The notes beneath the pieces are model-generated. The model was not told the DNA's origin. It made no database searches and saw only the letters and a list, made by a program, of their open reading frames with translations. Below, one piece after another: positions 1 through 9,208 of a stretch of DNA of 64,000 bases (the stretch's first letter is position 1; every line of letters starts with the position of its first letter). The position numbers and the translations under genes are program-made. Location: contig LBTE01000002.1 in the NCBI GenBank assembly GCA_000989955.1, positions 85,326-149,325 on the forward strand, given 5' to 3'. This DNA comes from a candidate division TM6 bacterium GW2011_GWF2_37_49 (lineage in GTDB: Bacteria > Babelota > Babeliae > Babelales > RVW-14).

Positions 1-85
1 TATCAGCCTTTTTTGACCGATAATGGAACCCTAAAACTAGGTAAATAATAGCAGAAGTCCATATTTTAACAAGTTTTTTCGCGCG

Positions 86-118
86 ATAAAAAATGGGCGA
101 CTTGTTTACAAGTCGCCC
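86..118 (-). terminator. Intrinsic terminator downstream of CDS 149..994
   Basis: Perfect 10-bp stem GGGCGACTTG/CAAGTCGCCC (95-104/109-118) with a 4-nt loop. On the minus strand the hairpin is followed by ATTTTTT. Confidence 0.6.
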
Positions 119-148
119 ACGAATGTTGTTTGATTATTGAAACAATCT

Positions 149-994
149 TTAATTTGCTTCAATAAATGCCTGATTAATTCGGTATAATGGATCGCTGTAT
201 GCGGCTAAATTTCTATAATTTACGATTAAGTCAGCCGTTAAAGAGGCTGCAAATGCTAAAGCGAAGCCAGCGTCTTTAACGGTTTTGATTTTAAGTAATA
301 CGTCGACGAATAGAATCTTTGCTGCAATGGCGTCTAAGCCTAAGTCGAAAAGGCCCTCAGAGACATAAAAATCATCAAGTGACATCTTGTTTTGTAGATG
401 CGCATATTTTTCTTTGAAAATTTGAGCGATTTGCTTCTTCTGATCCGGGCTCAACGATTTAACGTATTTTTCGATGTTTTTTAGTGCTGCAAGTGCGCGA
501 TCTTTACAGTGAATAAAGTGGTCGGCAATGACCGGAGTAAAAAACATTGAACAGGTGAGAATGTATGATATTGTTTTAGCATTTTCTGCCGTTAAATATT
601 TAGATTCAAGGTATCTGCCAGCTTTTGGATTAATCTTAATAATGTTGCAGGCCATAGATAAAATAAGCAAAATTATAGGTGCAAACTTTACCAATTCTCT
701 GACGGCAAAAACGCTTCTTCGTCTGGCTTTTGACGGGGTTTGGGCATCCAGTGCTTCTTGAACTAATTCTTCAAACTTTTGCACTGTAAAATCTGAGTCT
801 TGATCTAGAGTTTGAAGCTTTGTTGTGTCGGTTAGGCGCTTTTCTTGCGGTTGTTGATCGATAGTCACGGCATTTTGCTGGCAGGATGCTGCTTTTGGAT
901 CAGTGCTATCTGCGGCATTTGACGAAATGCATGGATAGACTTGAGTTGTTGCCATAAAAAGTATTGCAAAAATTGCTATTTTTTTAACATTCAT
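149..994 (-). CDS. Exported/membrane orphan protein, paralog family A (member 1 of 4)
   Basis: Signal-like N-terminus MNVKKIAIFAILFMATTQVYP. Shares the blocks FEELVQEAL..VRELVKF and ALAALKNIEKYVKSLSPDQKKQIAQIFKEKYA with ORFs 21472..22488, 22496..23323 and 23310..24182. No known domain recognised. Confidence 0.6.
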   Translation of the reverse strand: MNVKKIAIFAILFMATTQVYPCISSNAADSTDPKAASCQQNAVTIDQQPQEKRLTDTTKLQTLDQDSDFTVQKFEELVQEALDAQTPSKARRRSVFAVRELVKFAPIILLILSMACNIIKINPKAGRYLESKYLTAENAKTISYILTCSMFFTPVIADHFIHCKDRALAALKNIEKYVKSLSPDQKKQIAQIFKEKYAHLQNKMSLDDFYVSEGLFDLGLDAIAAKILFVDVLLKIKTVKDAGFALAFAASLTADLIVNYRNLAAYSDPLYRINQAFIEAN

Positions 995-1204
995 ATTTTA
1001 TCACCATTTAATTTTGTAAATACGATAATTATTCAATGCTAGTAGTATAATTCATTAGCGGAATAAAGCAAAGGCTTTATGGTCCGAGTTTTGTCGTAAA
1101 ATATGTTAAATTATTTCAGCCTGTAATGTGAAATCTTTAGCTTGGGTTGCTCGGTGCGCTGGCAGTAAAAATTATGCTAAGTTGTGCCAAATTCCGTATA
1201 AATA

Positions 1205-1360
1205 CGGTTATACATTAGTGCAAGCTTGCTGAAAATGCGACTTCATCGGCTTTGCCAAGAAGTTAACATTTTTTTAGATGCGGCCTGCCAGCATTGAACA
1301 GGTCTGGGCTGCCGAATGATTTTAGGGAAAAGTGCAAAAAGTCGGGGTGGGTTTGAAAAC
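1205..1360 (+). repeat. Dispersed intergenic repeat family, copy 1 (forward)
   Basis: CGGTTATACATTAG ... CATCGGCTTTGCCAAG ... TTTTTTTAGATGCGGCCTGCCAGCATTGA ... GGGCTGCCGAATGA ... AAGTGCAAAAAGT. Same block order as the other 10 copies. Confidence 0.85.
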
Positions 1361-1363
1361 AAG

Positions 1364-1394
1364 AAAGCCACGATTTCTTAGGATCGTGGCTTTT
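1364..1394. terminator. Hairpin terminator fused to repeat copy 1
   Basis: AAAGCCACGAT-ttcttagg-ATCGTGGCTTT, an 11-bp perfect stem with U-rich flanks on both strands. Lies 14 nt downstream of the minus-strand ankyrin gene stop. Confidence 0.7.
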
Positions 1395-1407
1395 CTATTT
1401 TAATATT

Positions 1408-2490
1408 TTAATCAATGTATAGGTGTAATGCGGCTAAATAAGAGGATATAGTTTTTCCGGGTACTATTTCTGCTTCAAGGTTTGCACCCTTTTCTTTAAG
1501 AAGTTTTGCAACTTCCATGCAAACTGATTCGTATTTTGTTCCTTCATTTACGCCTTCTAGTGCGTTTAAAAGAGGCGTACGTTTTTCGCTCCGAAAATAA
1601 AAGGCCATATATTTAGTAGTTGATATAGCATCGATATCGGCGCCATTTTCCAGAAGCGTCCTTACTGCATCGATGTTTCCCAATCCAGCTGCAAGGTGAA
1701 GTGGCGTTATCCCTTCTGTGATGGCTTCTGGGTAAATTTTGTTGTATTTTGCATTAACTACAGCACCAGCCTTAATCAATAATTTGATGGTTTCAGAGTT
1801 GTCCATTATTGCTGCGAAATGTAGGGGTGTTAATCCATTAAAGCATCCTGTAGCAATATTAGCATTGATGTTTGTTTTATTTTTAATGAGTTTTTCTACG
1901 TCTTTCTTACAATTTTTAACAACTGCAAGGTGAAGGGGAGCTCCCTTAAATTCACCTTCTATACCTGTTTTCAATCCATGCCTTAGAAGCATAATTGCAA
2001 TTTCCGAATTGTCATTCTCGACAGCGTAACTAAACGCTGTTCTGCCGTTCAAATCAGTTTTGTTAAGATCTGCTCCGCCACCGATAACAATTCTTGCTGT
2101 TATTGTGCTATTTTGTTTAGCTGCTATTAAAAGTGGTGTATCGCCTTTGTATAGTCCGTCATGAGTAACAGCCTCTAAGTTTAGTCCGTATTGAATAAGC
2201 TTTTTTGTGAGCTTTTCATCACAAAGGATTACTGAATCGATGAGTAGAGTGCAACCATGCTCATCTACATCGCTAAGGTGAGGGTCTTTTCCAGCTATAG
2301 CTTTATCGAGTGAGTTTAAGTGGCTTGGATTATAATGATAATAATAAGCAAATTCTCTGGCAGTCTTACTCATTCCATACGTTTGTGGAGAATATTGCGA
2401 GCTTGCTTGTTGTTCAACAATTGCGTCTGCGTCTGCGTGTAAATTACACAAGCTGACTGACATTAACAGTAACATCAATATTTTTTTCAC
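1408..2490 (-). CDS. Ankyrin-repeat protein with N-terminal signal peptide
   Basis: MKKILMLLLMSVSLCNLHA signal. Multiple ANK units, e.g. GDTPLLIAAKQNSTITARIVIGGGADLNKTDLNGRTAFSYAVENDN, GLTPLHFAAIMDNSETIKLLIKAGAVVNA, GITPLHLAAGLGNIDAVRTLLENGADIDA. Confidence 0.88.
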   Translation of the reverse strand: MKKILMLLLMSVSLCNLHADADAIVEQQASSQYSPQTYGMSKTAREFAYYYHYNPSHLNSLDKAIAGKDPHLSDVDEHGCTLLIDSVILCDEKLTKKLIQYGLNLEAVTHDGLYKGDTPLLIAAKQNSTITARIVIGGGADLNKTDLNGRTAFSYAVENDNSEIAIMLLRHGLKTGIEGEFKGAPLHLAVVKNCKKDVEKLIKNKTNINANIATGCFNGLTPLHFAAIMDNSETIKLLIKAGAVVNAKYNKIYPEAITEGITPLHLAAGLGNIDAVRTLLENGADIDAISTTKYMAFYFRSEKRTPLLNALEGVNEGTKYESVCMEVAKLLKEKGANLEAEIVPGKTISSYLAALHLYID

Positions 2491-2643
2491 GACTACCCCT
2501 TCAGGTTTATAAATAAAAATTAGTACATAACCTACTAGCTTCTATTCTAAAGAAATTACAAACATTGTCAAATAGTAAATTATTTGGCATAGGTTGAATG
2601 TTTTGTTATGATTTAACAATTCAGCTCAAATCCCTAATAAATT

Positions 2644-2800
2644 CGGGCATACATGGGATGTTGTGCGCTAAAGGCTTGATTTTGCCGGCTTTTTCAAGGA
2701 ATTGACAAGTTTTTAAATGCGGCCTGCCAGGCATTATCTGGTCGGGTCTGCCGAATGGGTTTTGAAAAAAGTGCGAAAAGTCGTGGTGGGTTTTGAAAAA
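2644..2800 (+). repeat. Dispersed intergenic repeat family, copy 2 (forward)
   Basis: CGGGCATACATGGG ... TTTTTAAATGCGGCCTGCCAGGCATTA ... GGGTCTGCCGAATGG ... AAGTGCGAAAAGTCGTGGTGGG. Tail almost identical to copy 1. Confidence 0.85.
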
Positions 2801-2805
2801 ACAAG

Positions 2806-2838
2806 AAAGCCACGATTGTCTTAGGATCGTGGCTTTTT
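2806..2838. terminator. Hairpin terminator fused to repeat copy 2
   Basis: AAAGCCACGAT-tgtcttagg-ATCGTGGCTTTTT, the same stem as at 1364-1394. Lies 46 nt downstream of the minus-strand CDS 2884..3567. Confidence 0.7.
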
Positions 2839-2883
2839 AAGCAAGGTATTTAAAATACGGAGAATATTTTAAATGCCAGTTTT

Positions 2884-3567
2884 TTAATTCATTTTTTGAT
2901 ATCGTAAAACTACCTTACCCAAGATTCTTAGGGTATCCTTGCCTTTAACAAGGGCTACGGGGGCCTTTTTATGATTTACAGATTCAAGCATTGTTATATT
3001 ATCTGAAAAATTGATTTGCATGATTGTTCGAGCTGGGTTTTCATTGCCGTATTCAACTGCAACGATATCGCCGGATTTGGTCCAGCTGGCTGGGGAGATG
3101 ATTAACATGTCACCCTTGACGAAATTTGGGGCCATTGCGCTGTCTTCGATTGCTAGACAGAACATGCTGTCGTCGTCAATACCGATAACTGTTGCAAATT
3201 GCTCTGCATATCCGGTTTTGGCTTGTAAAATTTGATTATTATAAGCTGATGGCTGGGCTGGAATTTCGCCTACCACTGGGACAACTTTTACTTTGAGATT
3301 AAAATTGGATATCTGAGCTTGGGCTTCTTCCGGCATTTGAATGCTGACTGGAAGGCCGTTTTCGATTGTAAAATTTTCAAAAAGATCTGTTGGGCGGATT
3401 TCAAAGGCTTCTGAGAGCTTCTTTAATGCGTCTTCATTCCAACGTCTTGTTCCATTTTTTATATGAGTTAAATAACTCTCTGACATGCCGGTTTTCTCAG
3501 CTAAAACTTTGGTTGTCCATCGTCTTTCTCTGAGCATTTCTCTAACTCTTAATCTTGTTGACACCAT
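2884..3567 (-). CDS. XRE-family HTH repressor fused to S24 (LexA/CI-like) peptidase domain
   Basis: N-terminal HTH: WTTKVLAEKTGMSESYLTHIKNGTRRW. C-terminal S24-like: VPVVGEIPA..., EDSAMAPNFVKGDMLII and ILGKVV. GGAGG Shine-Dalgarno sits upstream of the ATG. Confidence 0.75.
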   Translation of the reverse strand: MVSTRLRVREMLRERRWTTKVLAEKTGMSESYLTHIKNGTRRWNEDALKKLSEAFEIRPTDLFENFTIENGLPVSIQMPEEAQAQISNFNLKVKVVPVVGEIPAQPSAYNNQILQAKTGYAEQFATVIGIDDDSMFCLAIEDSAMAPNFVKGDMLIISPASWTKSGDIVAVEYGNENPARTIMQINFSDNITMLESVNHKKAPVALVKGKDTLRILGKVVLRYQKMN

Positions 3568-3742
3568 GACATAACCTCCAAATTTAATTTACGAAATATT
3601 TATAACCTCTCATTGTTTTTATTTTACTCATAGTCAAGAAAAGATGGCTTTTCGTTTGTTATAAGTACTTTTCCATGATAAATAGATCTCGCTATTTGTC
3701 AAGTGTGTTGCTTAAATATTAATAAAATGTTACAAAAATGTT

Positions 3743-3786
3743 AAAAAAGGCATACTTTCAAATGTTTGAAAATATGCCTTTTTTTA
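3743..3786 (-). terminator. Bidirectional hairpin terminator downstream of CDS 3803..5479
   Basis: GGCATAcTTTCAAA-tg-TTTGAAAaTATGCC flanked by an A-run and a T-run. Confidence 0.6.
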
Positions 3787-3802
3787 ATAGGAATTTAATG
3801 TT

Positions 3803-5479
3803 TTAGCTAAAAATCTTGCATACGATACTTGCAAATACCCAGATAGATTCGCTAGAAAAGGCCCCAGCACAGAAAAATTGGAAATTAACTTTATTTTTTA
3901 AAAACATAGGGATTAATGCACCGATTAAAAGCGAAAATATTATATTATTCGGCATTATCAAGCCTCCAAATGTCATTGCTGGACTAATTTTAAATTTTTT
4001 TAAAATCCAAGCAAATAAAAAGCCTGCAGCGATAATATATGGATCGAATTTAATTGTTTGTAATAACGCAGCTTTAGCGCGTGCTTTTTGGGCAAATAAT
4101 TCAGAAGAACCAACTTGCATTGATGTAAACAAGAGCCAAAAGAATAGTCCCAAGCAGGCTGCTGAAACAAAAAGCCCAAGTATCTGATATTTATGCATTT
4201 TTGTTTTGGATATTCCACATAATAGGCCGGTTTTATAATCGAATAAAAAATCAGAAGCTACAGCTGCACATACGTTAAAAAATACGCAACAAATTGTTAT
4301 TTGAACATAGCTAAGATTAAACAATAAGTACATTGGCAGCATAATTAACATGGCAAATCTACCAAGCTGTAGAAGTCCTATCTCTGCGCTGATAAAGCAG
4401 ATGTGATAGGTGGCAATTATTGTAAAAATAATAAGCGAAATTTGTGCCAAAAGTGAAAATTTAAAATAAATAAGCAGGCAAAATGAAAGAGCAAGAGTTA
4501 TGATTGGCTCGGTATACATAATTATCGAAGCCATAAAATTAATAGGTTTATCTTGAATAGTCGACCGTAATAAGTTTTTATTGAAAAATGTTAAAAGCTT
4601 ATCGAATACAACTAGTGTCCAATTTTTCAAAATACTGATCTTTTTGATCAGGCTTTGAATGCTAGGCATAGCGTGTACGACTTCATAAATTAATATGCCG
4701 CTACAAAATGCAAAAATAAAAACAACCGGAGAATATGGCTGAAAAAGCGAAAACGGAAGGTACGCAGAATGATTGTTAATTGGATAAAGAATTATGTATC
4801 GAGATAGCAGACCGACCAATATTGGAAAAATTACAGAAATTCCCATCGTACTACCGATTGCCCAAAACATTGGCATAAACGAAAAACTAAACTCATGCAT
4901 AAATAACGAAGGGAAAAGGTAAATAGTTTTTGGAAAAATTCCGCTCCATGAGCCTATTCCATCTCTCAGTACAAGTATTGAGAGAGTGCTTAGTACGCCT
5001 GATAGCAAGCTTTTTGTTTGTTTTTGCTGATTAGTTGTAGCTATGTTGTAAGTTAAAGTACTTACTGGAAATGGAAGGCTATTGTTGTCCACAAATCTTC
5101 TTGATAATATGCGTCCTACGCATAAACCTAAGGCCCCAGCAGATATGCAAATTGCTCCGATTAAACAGAAAAAGTAAAAAGGATGCCCAAGCCAATGATT
5201 AAAGGTCAAAGGGTCTAAAAAATAAAGCATAGGCAGGGCAAATCCTATGCCTGTTGCCATTATTCCTCCACCGGCGCTGATTCCCTGGATAATGACAAGA
5301 TCTTTTACGGAAAGGCTTTTTTGCCATAATATTTTCATGATATTTGACATTAAAATGGATGTCAAAATAATAGTTGGAGCAATCCAAGGCCCAACTGGCG
5401 TAGCCATCGATGTATAGGCTAAGATTGCGCATGAAATAAATGAAAATAAGATTCCACTAATTATTACAAAGGGGTTCAT
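3803..5479 (-). CDS. Polytopic inner-membrane protein, possibly an OPT-family oligopeptide transporter
   Basis: 558 aa, almost entirely hydrophobic helices (12 or more TM by eye). Size and the GISAGGGIMATGIGFALPMLYF-type segments are compatible with the OPT superfamily. The family assignment is weak. Confidence 0.45.
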   Translation of the reverse strand: MNPFVIISGILFSFISCAILAYTSMATPVGPWIAPTIILTSILMSNIMKILWQKSLSVKDLVIIQGISAGGGIMATGIGFALPMLYFLDPLTFNHWLGHPFYFFCLIGAICISAGALGLCVGRILSRRFVDNNSLPFPVSTLTYNIATTNQQKQTKSLLSGVLSTLSILVLRDGIGSWSGIFPKTIYLFPSLFMHEFSFSFMPMFWAIGSTMGISVIFPILVGLLSRYIILYPINNHSAYLPFSLFQPYSPVVFIFAFCSGILIYEVVHAMPSIQSLIKKISILKNWTLVVFDKLLTFFNKNLLRSTIQDKPINFMASIIMYTEPIITLALSFCLLIYFKFSLLAQISLIIFTIIATYHICFISAEIGLLQLGRFAMLIMLPMYLLFNLSYVQITICCVFFNVCAAVASDFLFDYKTGLLCGISKTKMHKYQILGLFVSAACLGLFFWLLFTSMQVGSSELFAQKARAKAALLQTIKFDPYIIAAGFLFAWILKKFKISPAMTFGGLIMPNNIIFSLLIGALIPMFLKNKVNFQFFCAGAFSSESIWVFASIVCKIFS

Positions 5480-5710
5480 TTTTTAAAATTTAAGCAAAAT
5501 AAGCATGTTTAGGTATATTTGTAGCAAAATTACAACTTCTTAGATCATTAGAAGTTATAACAAGAATTATTTTTAAACGCAAAGCGGTTTGAATGCACTT
5601 TAACCATTTTAATATCAAATTACCCCAAAAATGTTACATTTTTTGTGAAAATGTGTATCTTGATATTTCTATTTCAAGATTAATTTTTTTATATTGTATT
5701 ATTAAAATAT

Positions 5711-5732
5711 CCTATTTACAATTATAAATAGG
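5711..5732. promoter_or_regulatory. 22-bp near-perfect palindrome upstream of CDS 5822..6352
   Basis: CCTATTTAcAATTaTAAATAGG (8+8 perfect arms) followed by GGAGGAGG. Possible operator or hairpin. Confidence 0.25.
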
Positions 5733-5821
5733 AGGAGGCAAGTTGTTTGTTGGTATAAGTTAGATTGTTTGCAATAATTTTACTGATATGAAATTTGCCG
5801 TAGTTAAAAAGGGATAGAAAG

Positions 5822-6352
5822 ATGATTTCAGCTGGTAGGATTATAAAATTTATTTTTTATATCTCTGTAGCATTACTAGTGACCAGGGGATGCTTCTTAT
5901 TCTACTATAACGTTGCGCACAAAGCTTCTCAAGATCAGATGCCGAATTCATTGGGATTTAATTTTGATAAAACCATTCTGGAAGGTACTTCAGATCAAAA
6001 TCAATGCAAGGATAGTTATAATTTTAACAGAATGTTAAGCCTTATCGATGCAAGTGAAAAGGTTAAATACATCGAGCATATGCAGTTTAGTCGTCCTGGC
6101 GAGGTTGAACGTGTGGATACTCAGACTTTAAAAGCTCTTTCCATAGCACTGAAGCTGGAAAAAAAGCGTTTAAAGCACTTTATGTGGCAGCTGCGCTCTC
6201 ATTCCAGACATTCATCGCCATCTAAGCGCATGAAAGCCTTAAAGTACTATCTGCGCGTTATCGAGCTTAATATGCAAGATATCGAAGAGGTTGTTTTTAC
6301 ACGTGAAGACTCGGGCGAATTAAAAACAACTAACCCCAAAGCTTCTGAATAA
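5822..6352 (+). CDS. Hypothetical membrane-anchored protein
   Basis: Long ORF with an N-terminal TM (IIKFIFYISVALLVTRGCFLFY). No recognisable domain. Confidence 0.5.
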   Translation: MISAGRIIKFIFYISVALLVTRGCFLFYYNVAHKASQDQMPNSLGFNFDKTILEGTSDQNQCKDSYNFNRMLSLIDASEKVKYIEHMQFSRPGEVERVDTQTLKALSIALKLEKKRLKHFMWQLRSHSRHSSPSKRMKALKYYLRVIELNMQDIEEVVFTREDSGELKTTNPKASE

Positions 6353-6370
6353 ATCTATTTTTATATGAAG

Positions 6371-6510
6371 GAGTTTTTGCAGCTTTTGGAAAAATCATCT
6401 GAAACCTAGCACCCAATCAATGCTAGCAGCTCGTATCTAAAAACTTATCAATTTGTTTGCAGGGACGATGTGTAGCTGAATTTAGGTGTGTTAGGTTGAT
6501 GTATGGCCCT
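6371..6510 (-). repeat. Dispersed intergenic repeat family, copy 3 (reverse)
   Basis: Reverse complement reads GGGCCATACATCAAC ... TTTTTAGATACGAGCTGCTAGCATTGATTGGGTGCTAGG ... CCAAAAGCTGCAAAAACTCC. Confidence 0.8.
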
Positions 6511-6659
6511 GAAAATCAAATATTTGACTAATGGTTAATAGGTAACTATTGTTATCAAGTTTTTCACAAACACAAACACTTGTTTAATTTCTGTTTTTAG
6601 ATAATATTTGGATAGTTATTTTTAATGTTTTTGTGTAAAAATTTTTTTGAGGATTTTTT

Positions 6660-7502
6660 ATGAATAAAATTATTAAGTTTCAAATTTTAATTTTTGTTGT
6701 TATGACGTTAATAAAACCAGCAGTTTGTGTTACTGAAAAAAATATTGTTCAGGGCTACTGTGCTGAGTATGCAATAAGCCAGCGAAACGCTGAACAATTT
6801 TTGAAAGAAACAATGCAATCAGTGGTTGATGATACATTGGCTGGCAAATTTAGTCCACGAGCATTGGTAGAAAAAATCAAAAATTGTCAAGTAGATTTAG
6901 TACCATATCTCAAGGAAGAAAGCATTGTTTTAATTCTAAAAAATATAAAATACAATGCAGAAATCGAAAATATGGTATCTCCAGAATTGGTGCAGGATTT
7001 ATCTGCGATATTGGAAGCCGTGGCTGATATGTACAAAGATAGCGGTATTTTGAAAGTTTTGAAGTCTGGGATAAATACTCAATCGTCAAATAAGGCGTTA
7101 AAGTATAAAATAAAAGAAATTGTTAATAAGGTTAAAAATAAAATAGAAAAAACTACAGCAGATTATATCGCTTTTCATCAACAATTGCCTAATTTGGTCA
7201 CTTCAAATGAATATTTTAACCGTGTATCCGAGTTAGATAAAGAGACAATGTTTCTTATCGATTTATTGCAAACAAACGCCCAGGACGTGATTGCACTTTG
7301 CCAAAGTGATGAAATCAAGCATTGGTACCATAAATTGGCATTTGACGACAGGGATCGCTTAAAAAAGATTGCCAGAGTCTTTATTTTAAGATTTGCATCA
7401 GAGATTATGTTGGACTCTCAATTTAAGCATGCAAGGTTCAATGCGTTGGATTTTGTTTCTATCATGTCAAAGGTGATGTCTTGTATGAAATCTTCAAATT
7501 AG
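6660..7502 (+). CDS. Hypothetical exported protein
   Basis: Signal-like N-terminus MNKIIKFQILIFVVMTLIKPAVC. No recognisable domain. Confidence 0.55.
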   Translation: MNKIIKFQILIFVVMTLIKPAVCVTEKNIVQGYCAEYAISQRNAEQFLKETMQSVVDDTLAGKFSPRALVEKIKNCQVDLVPYLKEESIVLILKNIKYNAEIENMVSPELVQDLSAILEAVADMYKDSGILKVLKSGINTQSSNKALKYKIKEIVNKVKNKIEKTTADYIAFHQQLPNLVTSNEYFNRVSELDKETMFLIDLLQTNAQDVIALCQSDEIKHWYHKLAFDDRDRLKKIARVFILRFASEIMLDSQFKHARFNALDFVSIMSKVMSCMKSSN

Positions 7503-7630
7503 GTCTTTTCGAATACGGTCTAAGTAGGTTTTGAGGAAGAAAAAGTGAAGGCATACATCAAACATAATGAGCGTCTTGATTTGTGAGGATAGCATTAAAA
7601 ATAGCCATGTCGTGAAAAAAGGATTATGGG

Positions 7631-9124
7631 ATGATCGTAGCCATTTTAAAACAAAAATTTTGTGATCATTATCGATTTTATGCTTCTCTTTTTATTTTTA
7701 TAATAATCTTATGTTGCCTGTATTTGCCGTTTTATATATGGGGTTTATTTGCCGATGATTTCGGCATAATTCGTCATGTAATGGATGTTGGTTTTAAGAA
7801 AATAGGGACCTTTTTTTATGAGGGAGAAACTTTTAGTGCAGTATTAAACCCAAATTATGTGAATACGCTTGATAATTTTTTAGGCGGTCTCTATCGTCCA
7901 ATGGTTTTCATTTATAGTCTATTGCAGGTGCATTTTTTTGGTCCAAATCCTTCAGCATATCTATTTGTGAGTATTTTTTTACACTCGCTAAATTCCGTGT
8001 TTTTATTCAACATAATTTATACGTTTGAAAAGACATTTGCGGCTGTAGTGTTAGCATTGTGTTTTGCGTTTCATTCCAGCTTATTTAATTGGCTTGGTTG
8101 GTTTTCTGGGCAGCAGTACATAATCGAATTAACCTGTCTTATTTTGATTTTATTAACACTTAAAAAATATATTGTGTCTCAAAAATATTATTTTTATTTT
8201 TTATCAATGTTTTTGTATCTCTTAAATGTTTTTCAACGAGAAATGATGGTAGTATTCCCTTTTTGGGTTGTGTTTTTTTGTAGTTTTTATAATTTTAAAG
8301 ATGACCAGATATCGTTCAATGTTATTCGTGGGCTAAAGTTATCGTGTGGTTATTTTTTTGCGTTGTTTACGTATATAATTTCTAGGGGATTAGTTTTTTC
8401 CTTCAATATAAAAACCACATCCAATGCAACTTTGATGTTTGATCTAAATTTTAAGAGTTTTATATTAAGAATGAGCGAAAGATTTTACGATTTCGTTACA
8501 ATTTTATCTGATTATCTTGGCCTAAGAATTTTGCCGCAAAATCACCAATTTGTTAAAGGTGGCTTAATTGCTATATTTATTGGCGTTTTGGTTTTTTTGT
8601 TTCTAAGAAATAGCAAAAAGGGCTTAGTTATTTTAACCTTTATTTCGTGTGTTATGTTTAGCTGGATTCCAATTTTATTGACGCATCAACCTCGTTATAT
8701 TTACGTTGGGCTCTTTTTCTTTATGATTAGTCTTGCCTTGTTGTACCATTTTTCTGACTTGAATAAAAATTGTAAAAAATGTTTATTGGTACTAGTTTTA
8801 GCTTACATATCCATTAATTATGTTTGCTTGGCACACGGAATGGAGTATTGCAGAATTAAGTACTCGTGTGCTACTGAAAAATTAAAAAAATTAGGAAGCA
8901 ACATCAACCTTATCTTGAAAAAATCAAAAAGTTTTGGGCCAATATATTTCCATAATTTACCTGCCGATTTTACTTTTGCAACAAATCAGGCAATACGTCT
9001 CTATTCTGATTGTCCTAGGCTTCAAGTTTATGAAACTGATGATAAAGCTAAATATAAAATCAATGGCATTGAGGTAACCTGGGATGATGTAAAGAATGAT
9101 TTTCATGTAGAAGTTATCCATTGA
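7631..9124 (+). CDS. GT-C fold membrane glycosyltransferase (ArnT/PMT-like), paralog 1
   Basis: About 11-13 TM. First-loop acidic motif FADDFGIIRH, then GGLYRPMVFIYSLLQVHFFGPNPSAYLFVSIFLHSLNSVFLFN. Clear paralog of 16432..18093 (VGDDYGNILH ... VYYRPMAFVFTYIQSIFFGFNPYGYFLIFILFHAINAALIFN). Confidence 0.55.
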   Translation: MIVAILKQKFCDHYRFYASLFIFIIILCCLYLPFYIWGLFADDFGIIRHVMDVGFKKIGTFFYEGETFSAVLNPNYVNTLDNFLGGLYRPMVFIYSLLQVHFFGPNPSAYLFVSIFLHSLNSVFLFNIIYTFEKTFAAVVLALCFAFHSSLFNWLGWFSGQQYIIELTCLILILLTLKKYIVSQKYYFYFLSMFLYLLNVFQREMMVVFPFWVVFFCSFYNFKDDQISFNVIRGLKLSCGYFFALFTYIISRGLVFSFNIKTTSNATLMFDLNFKSFILRMSERFYDFVTILSDYLGLRILPQNHQFVKGGLIAIFIGVLVFLFLRNSKKGLVILTFISCVMFSWIPILLTHQPRYIYVGLFFFMISLALLYHFSDLNKNCKKCLLVLVLAYISINYVCLAHGMEYCRIKYSCATEKLKKLGSNINLILKKSKSFGPIYFHNLPADFTFATNQAIRLYSDCPRLQVYETDDKAKYKINGIEVTWDDVKNDFHVEVIH

Positions 9125-9208
9125 TTTTAGTAGAAATTTTTCTTATTTCTGATATACCTTGGACAAGTTGAAATTTACTGGAATCAAATATTTTGAAAGA
9201 TTTGTTCC

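Noticed and set aside
528-761. Numerous 60-130-aa ORFs in the track lying antisense to or overlapping long genes, e.g. 528..761, 1739..1933, 3011..3235, 3816..4187, 9759..10130, 20649..21038, 21708..22411, 22860..23246, 38724..40436, 53767..54099 and 58655..58999.
   Set aside because: These are shadow ORFs inside well-supported genes on the opposite strand or in another frame. They have low-complexity or odd composition and no SDs.
2884-3567. Prophage or integrative element suggested by the CI/LexA-like repressor.
   Set aside because: No integrase, Cro/antirepressor, terminase, capsid or tail genes, and no att-like tRNA junction in the neighbourhood.
3569-3610. Direct repeat ATAACCTC x2 upstream of the XRE-S24 gene as an operator.
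   Set aside because: One copy is simply the complement of the GGAGGTTAT Shine-Dalgarno region. The second is an 8-mer match that is not unusual in AT-rich DNA.
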